Assembly: GCA_963664705.1 (NCBI GenBank)
Contig: OY761556.1
Span: 2,432,001-2,496,000 of the forward strand
Direction of reading: 5' to 3'
Length of the DNA stretch: 64,000 nucleotides
Origin: Acidobacteriota bacterium
GTDB lineage: Bacteria > Acidobacteriota > UBA6911
The notes beneath the pieces are model-generated. The model was not told where the DNA came from, did not search any database, and was given only the letters and a program-made list of their open reading frames with translations. Numbering within the stretch: the stretch's first letter is position 1; each line of letters begins with the position of its first letter. The translations under genes and the position numbers were made by a program. This document shows, in pieces, positions 58,984 to 64,000 of this stretch.

Positions 58984-61900
58984 ATGAATATTGTCTTTAT
59001 CAGCAATGATGCCCGTGATGCAGACTTCTTCAAACACGAATTGGAGAAGTCCGGGGCTCCCATTCATGTTGAACTCTCACCCAGCGTCTTGGATGCAATG
59101 GTACGCATTGGGAATGGGGGCAACTATGATGTCGTCGTTCTGGATACATCCCTCTCGACGACGGATGCGGTTAGCCTGGTCTCCTTTATCCGGCAGGAAA
59201 AGAAGCAGCTATCCATCATTGCTCTGACCGCCAGTGATAGCCAAACCGTGCCGGCTGAACTGCAAAATGCGGGGATCGATCAGGTCATTACCAAGCGACC
59301 CGGGTATACGGTTCAATTCCCTGAAATCCTGCAACATTTGCACCAGCCTCAGCAAGGCGAGAGCGCTTCCCGCCGCAGACAGGTGCAACTGCTGTATGCA
59401 GGAAAATTTGAAATTGCCCAGCGATACCTGTCCAATGTCACCCAACTAAAACTGGAACCCGCTCCTATCGCGCCCGATGGAACCTGGCAGATTTCCGAAA
59501 ATTCCGCGACTCCCACGGCAGACGCCTTGGTCCTGGATTTAGGGCTGACGGCCGCACAGGCACTCAAGGCTGTCAAAGATTCCGTTCAGCGGCTGCAGGA
59601 CGTACCTGTCATCCTGTTGACTATTCCCGGCGATGATGACACCGCATTGCATGCCATTAGAGCCGGAGCCGCCGATTGCATTGAAAAGTCGGGAAATTTC
59701 TTTCATCGTCTCCTGCTGGTGCTTCAACGCGAAATCGGCCGCCGGGAGTTGGCCCGGGAGCGAGCAACCCTTCGTGCCCGCGAGGAACGCCTGCGATTGA
59801 TCGTCGAAACGCTGCCGACCGGCGTCACCGTGATTGCTCCCGATGGCTCCATACTCGCGATGAACAATGTCGGGCTCCAAACGGTCAGCGCCCTCAATCT
59901 CGATCAAATCATTGGCAAGAGTCTTGCGGACCTTACTCCCGCAGCAGTGCATCAGGAGATCCTTTCCTTTGTAGCCGCGGTTTGTAGCGGCAAATCAGGA
60001 TCGTTCAAAACGGACCTGCACAGTCTTGATGGTTCGACGCGCCCGGTCGAATTGCGCGCAGTTCCAATGAAAAGAGACGGGAGCGGATCCACTGCAGCAC
60101 TTGTCGTCCTGCATATGGGCGGCGACGCTGCGGCACAACAGCTCGCTCTTCAGCAGACCGCCAAACTGGAAACGGCTGCAAAGGAGCACACAGCCAGAAT
60201 TCGCGAACTGGAAGACGACCTGCAGCGGCGGCAGTCCGAATGGGAATCGGATTTGAAGGCCGCGGATGCGCGGCGCATTGTGGTCGAAGCCGAAAAGGAA
60301 ACACTGCGGTTATCCGTCGAACAAGCTGCCGGCCGCTACACTCAGCTTCTTGCCGAACAGCAGATTGAGCGCAACAACTGGGAAGAACTGCGCCAGGAAC
60401 TCCAGGAACAGTACTCCAAAATTGAGGAAGTCGCGCAGTCGCTTCGATCCGAACAGTCCAGTCTTCAGGAAACACATCGCGTTGGACTCGAAGAATGGAC
60501 ACGGCAGAGAAACGAATTTGATGAAAAGCAGAAGGCGGCGGAACAACAGGCTTCGGATCTTTCGCTTCAACTCGAGCGCGAGCGCTCAGAATGGGCTCAC
60601 CAGCGACAGGAACTGGAACAGCAATGCACCGACAATGAAGGCAGAAGATCGCAGCTGGAATCTTCGCTCCGAAGCGTTGAGTCTAACCTGGCTCAGATTT
60701 TGGAGCAGAACAGACAGGAATTATCTGGAAGGGATGCTGTATTCCAGGAACTGGAACACAAATGCCATGCCGCGGAGGAACGGTGCCAAGAGCTGCAGGC
60801 TGCGGCCCAAAGTCACCAGTCCAGGGTTGCACAACTAACCGATGCCCACTCCGCCGAAATAGGATTGCGCAACTCCGCCTATTCCGATCTCGAGCGCAGG
60901 CTCCGGGAGGCAGAGGAACTCGTTGAAGCAAAGGATTCCGCCTGTATAGCTGCGGAATCACAGCTCGCGCAACTGACGGAAAGTCACGCCCGGGAAATTT
61001 CCGCCCTTGAGGACAAATACCGGTCGGCCGAAGACCGGCTCGCTTCCCAGGAGTCGACCCGGATTGAAATGGCATCCAAATTTGCACAGCTGGATGACGA
61101 GCACCACCGCAACCTCGAGGCAAAGGAATCGGAGCATCGTGAACTTCTGTCAAAACTCCAGATTTCGGAACAGCAGAACTCTGCGCTGGAATCGGCCCTG
61201 CGCAATGCCGACACAGGCGTCGCACATCTGACCGAGAAGCACAGTGCTGAAATATCGGAACTCACGTCCGCAAGGCAACAGCTTGAACAAAAGCTTCAGA
61301 ACGCGGAAGCGCAGAAGGTTCTGCTCGAATCAGCTTTGCGGCGCATTGAATCGAACCTGACGGAATTGGCTCAAATCCACACGCTTGAATCGGCGCAGCA
61401 GGCTCAGGCACAACAGGAGCTCGAGTCGCGATGCGCTGCTATGCAGACCGCATTGCGGGAAGCCGAATCCGGATTTGCGCTGCAAAAGGATGTTTATGAA
61501 AAACAGCTTGCGAGCCGCGAAATTGAGCTGAAATCCTTTGAGCAACAATGCGGCGCTCTCCAGAATGAGACCACCGCCTTAAAAACGGCTCTGCACGATG
61601 CAGAATCCCGTCTTGGACAGGCGACACAAGCACAGAAATACGAAAGCGACCGTCGCGATGCATCCCATAGAGATCTGGTACAGCTCTGCCAGGATCTCAA
61701 GGCTCAAGTAGCCGCGCTTCAGACAGCACTTGGCGATGCTCAAATGGCTCTGACGAGGCAGGCGGAGTCCCACGCAACCGAGATCTCACGCCAGATGGCA
61801 ATAGCCCAGGAACTGGAAAGCAAAGTCGAGGTTGCCGGATCGCGGACTCTTGATCTCCAAAACGAGCTCAACCAAAAACAATCCGAGTACTCGGAACGCG

Positions 61901-64000
61901 TGACCGAACACCGCGCCGAACTAAGCCGACGGGAAACGGTATATCTGGAACTCGAGCAGCGATATCAGGACATGCAAGCGCAAGCGGCGGCATTTCAGAC
62001 TGCTCTGAATGATTCGCAAATGGCTCTGTCACGCCAAGCCGAAACGCACGATACCGAAATTTCCCACCTTGAAGCAGCTCGAAAAGAACTGCAGGAAAAA
62101 CTTCAGACTGAAGAGCCGCAGATTCGTGAACTCCGGCAGGAGCTGGCCAATGCGCAATCTGCCATGGAACGGATCGTTGCAGAACATAGCAGCGAATTGC
62201 AGCGCAGGGATGCCGCACACCTGGAATTAGAGAAACTCTTCCTGGATGCCCAGGCTCAAATAATCGCGCTTCATACAGGCATGGGCGATGCTCAAATGGC
62301 GCTGTCACGCCAGGCCGAAATGCACGATGCCGAAATTTCCCACCTTGAAGCAGCTCGAAAAGAACTGGAGCAAAAACTTCAGACTGAAGAGCCGCAGATT
62401 CGTGAACTCCGGCAGGAGCTGGCCAATGCGCAATCTGCCATGGAACGGATCGTTGCCGAGCATGGCAATGAACTGCAGCGCAGGGATGCCACACACCTGG
62501 AATTAGAGAGACTCTTCCTGGATGCCCAGGCTCAAATGGCCGCGCTTCAAACTGCAATGGGCGATGCTCAAATGGCGCTGTCACGCCAGGCCGAAGCGCA
62601 CGATGCCGAAATTTCCCGCCTTGAAGCAGCTCGAAAAGAACTGGAGCAAAAACTTCAGACTGAAGAGCCGCAGATTCGTGAACTCCGGCAGGAGCTGGCC
62701 GATGCGCAATCTGCCATGGAACAGATCGTTGCAGAGCATAGCAGCGAATTGCAGCGCAGGGACGCTGCACACCTGGAATTAGAGAGACTCTTCCTGGATG
62801 CCAAAGCTCAAATGGCCGCGATTCAAACCGCAATGGGCGATGCTCAAATGGCGCTGTCACGCCAGGCCGAAGCGCACGATGCCGAAATTTCCCGCCTTGA
62901 AGCAGCTCGAAAAGAACTGGAGCAAAAACTTCAGACTGAAGAGCCGCAGATTCGTGAACTCCGGCAGGAGCTGGCCGATGCGCAATCTGCCATGGAACAG
63001 ATCGTTGCAGAGCATAGCAGCGAATTGCAGCGCAGGGACGCTGCACACCTGGAATTAGAGAGACTCTTCCTGGATGCCAAAGCTCAAATGGCCGCGCTTC
63101 AAACAGGCCTGGGCGATGCTCAAATGGCGCTGTCACGCCAGGCTGAGGCCTATTCCGAGGAATTCGCCAGGCGCGATCACGAACAAAAAGATTCCGAACA
63201 GAAGAGGGAGTCTGCGGTATCCCAACTGCTTTCACTTCAAACCGATCTGGCCCAACAGGCACAGGCTCATATGGCAGAACTCTCCCGGCGAGATCTTGCC
63301 TACCAGCAGCTGGAACAGCGCTTCAGCAGCCTGCAGACTTCTCTTGATAAAACAGAGGCGGAGTTGTCCTCGCAGATTGAAAAACACATCACCGAAAGTG
63401 ATCAGTGGAAAAACGCGCTGCAGGAATTGGAACAAAAGGTAAATGCCGGCAATCAGCATCACGCGGAAGCCCTTCAGGCCGAAATCCGTGAATCTGATAC
63501 GCGCATCGCCCAACTGGCAAAGGAAAACCAGTCCACAGCAATGCAGCTGGATCGCATTCGGCAGGAACTGGGACAGGTCCGGACCGAATTCGACGATCTG
63601 CAATCCAGGTATCACCGTCTGTCTGTTCTCTCTTCTTCGGGTATTTTGATTACAAGCATTGAAGGAGATGTATTGCAATGCAATGATGCCGCGGCCAGGA
63701 TGTTCGGTTTCCCGTCCTCCAAAGAGATTCTCCCGCAAGCCGGGAGGCCCCCCCTCAGAATATATTCTTTCGAAGGAGCTCTCGCAGCCCGGTTCCAGCA
63801 GGATGGCAGACTCGAAAATATCGAATGGGCTTCCTTGAATCGGGCAGGCGTTCTTTGCTATTTCAGGGAAAATGCCACGCTGATAGAGGCTGCTTCGGCG
63901 GATAAGGAACCGGTTGTTGAAAGGGTCCTGACCGACATCACCGCGGTGCAGAAACTGAAGGAGGAAATCAGGCGCGTCCGCAGATTGGATACGACCGGCG
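58984..64000 (+). CDS. Giant cytoplasmic signalling protein: REC-REC-PAS-long coiled coil-PAS, probably followed by HisKA (3' truncated)
   Basis: Frame open from ATG 58984 to the window end (so absent from the ORF track). REC1 DVVVLDTSL/IIALTA; REC2 ALVLDLGL/AGAADCIEK; PAS after EERLRLIVETLPTG; second PAS GILITSIEG..CNDAAARMFG; ends LTDITAVQKLKEEIRRVRRLDTTG. Confidence 0.85.
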   Translation, partial: MNIVFISNDARDADFFKHELEKSGAPIHVELSPSVLDAMVRIGNGGNYDVVVLDTSLSTTDAVSLVSFIRQEKKQLSIIALTASDSQTVPAELQNAGIDQVITKRPGYTVQFPEILQHLHQPQQGESASRRRQVQLLYAGKFEIAQRYLSNVTQLKLEPAPIAPDGTWQISENSATPTADALVLDLGLTAAQALKAVKDSVQRLQDVPVILLTIPGDDDTALHAIRAGAADCIEKSGNFFHRLLLVLQREIGRRELARERATLRAREERLRLIVETLPTGVTVIAPDGSILAMNNVGLQTVSALNLDQIIGKSLADLTPAAVHQEILSFVAAVCSGKSGSFKTDLHSLDGSTRPVELRAVPMKRDGSGSTAALVVLHMGGDAAAQQLALQQTAKLETAAKEHTARIRELEDDLQRRQSEWESDLKAADARRIVVEAEKETLRLSVEQAAGRYTQLLAEQQIERNNWEELRQELQEQYSKIEEVAQSLRSEQSSLQETHRVGLEEWTRQRNEFDEKQKAAEQQASDLSLQLERERSEWAHQRQELEQQCTDNEGRRSQLESSLRSVESNLAQILEQNRQELSGRDAVFQELEHKCHAAEERCQELQAAAQSHQSRVAQLTDAHSAEIGLRNSAYSDLERRLREAEELVEAKDSACIAAESQLAQLTESHAREISALEDKYRSAEDRLASQESTRIEMASKFAQLDDEHHRNLEAKESEHRELLSKLQISEQQNSALESALRNADTGVAHLTEKHSAEISELTSARQQLEQKLQNAEAQKVLLESALRRIESNLTELAQIHTLESAQQAQAQQELESRCAAMQTALREAESGFALQKDVYEKQLASREIELKSFEQQCGALQNETTALKTALHDAESRLGQATQAQKYESDRRDASHRDLVQLCQDLKAQVAALQTALGDAQMALTRQAESHATEISRQMAIAQELESKVEVAGSRTLDLQNELNQKQSEYSERVTEHRAELSRRETVYLELEQRYQDMQAQAAAFQTALNDSQMALSRQAETHDTEISHLEAARKELQEKLQTEEPQIRELRQELANAQSAMERIVAEHSSELQRRDAAHLELEKLFLDAQAQIIALHTGMGDAQMALSRQAEMHDAEISHLEAARKELEQKLQTEEPQIRELRQELANAQSAMERIVAEHGNELQRRDATHLELERLFLDAQAQMAALQTAMGDAQMALSRQAEAHDAEISRLEAARKELEQKLQTEEPQIRELRQELADAQSAMEQIVAEHSSELQRRDAAHLELERLFLDAKAQMAAIQTAMGDAQMALSRQAEAHDAEISRLEAARKELEQKLQTEEPQIRELRQELADAQSAMEQIVAEHSSELQRRDAAHLELERLFLDAKAQMAALQTGLGDAQMALSRQAEAYSEEFARRDHEQKDSEQKRESAVSQLLSLQTDLAQQAQAHMAELSRRDLAYQQLEQRFSSLQTSLDKTEAELSSQIEKHITESDQWKNALQELEQKVNAGNQHHAEALQAEIRESDTRIAQLAKENQSTAMQLDRIRQELGQVRTEFDDLQSRYHRLSVLSSSGILITSIEGDVLQCNDAAARMFGFPSSKEILPQAGRPPLRIYSFEGALAARFQQDGRLENIEWASLNRAGVLCYFRENATLIEAASADKEPVVERVLTDITAVQKLKEEIRRVRRLDTTG
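61741..63150 (+). repeat. In-frame 276-bp (92-aa) tandem repeat, about 5 units
   Basis: CAAATGGC(T/G)CTG recurs at 61741, 62017, 62293, 62569, 62845 and 63121. The units at 62569 and 62845 are identical over about 250 bp. Confidence 0.95.

Noticed and set aside
62017-63120. Possible CRISPR or mobile-element repeat array
   Set aside because: Units are contiguous, in frame and lack unique spacers; no cas or transposase genes are nearby.
61868-63262. 464-aa repetitive minus-strand ORF and the repeated small ORFs nearby
   Set aside because: Off-frame and antisense read-outs of the 276-bp repeat; the plus frame from 58984 is the coherent coding frame.

Overview
Bacterial chromosomal segment, probably from an anaerobic or facultative member of Acidobacteriota. 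The taxonomy is inferred from an acidobacterial-type VWA protein, futalosine-pathway mqnA and ubiD-like genes, and a 2-oxoacid oxidoreductase. Bases 1-12.4 kb hold a tetrahydromethanopterin/methanofuran (H4MPT/MFR) C1-transfer cluster: fwdD-fwdB-fwdA-ftr, an ATP-grasp ligase, an MtdA/MtdC-type dehydrogenase, mptG, DUF447, an Orf20-type pteroate synthase and an archaeal-type nucleotidyltransferase. FwdB keeps its [4Fe-4S] and Mo/W-ligand cysteines and is paired with FwdD, unlike the redox-inactive Fhc of aerobic methylotrophs. The middle is mostly housekeeping: isolated nuoLM, coaE, asnS, a kinase-dCMP deaminase fusion, mqnA, dprA-topA, an EF-G paralog, lgt, rluD, thiI, metY, a metX-metW fusion, a PBP and zwf-opcA. 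A gamma-delta-alpha-beta 2-oxoacid oxidoreductase has a GltD/NfnB-like flavoprotein inserted into its delta subunit. The right end has a PilZ gene followed by an ORF of more than 1670 codons that is missing from the ORF track. It encodes REC-REC-PAS, a ~1150-residue coiled coil of 46/92-aa repeats (including near-identical 276-bp tandem copies), a second PAS, and the probable start of a histidine kinase. No rRNA, tRNA, CRISPR array or transposase was recognised.
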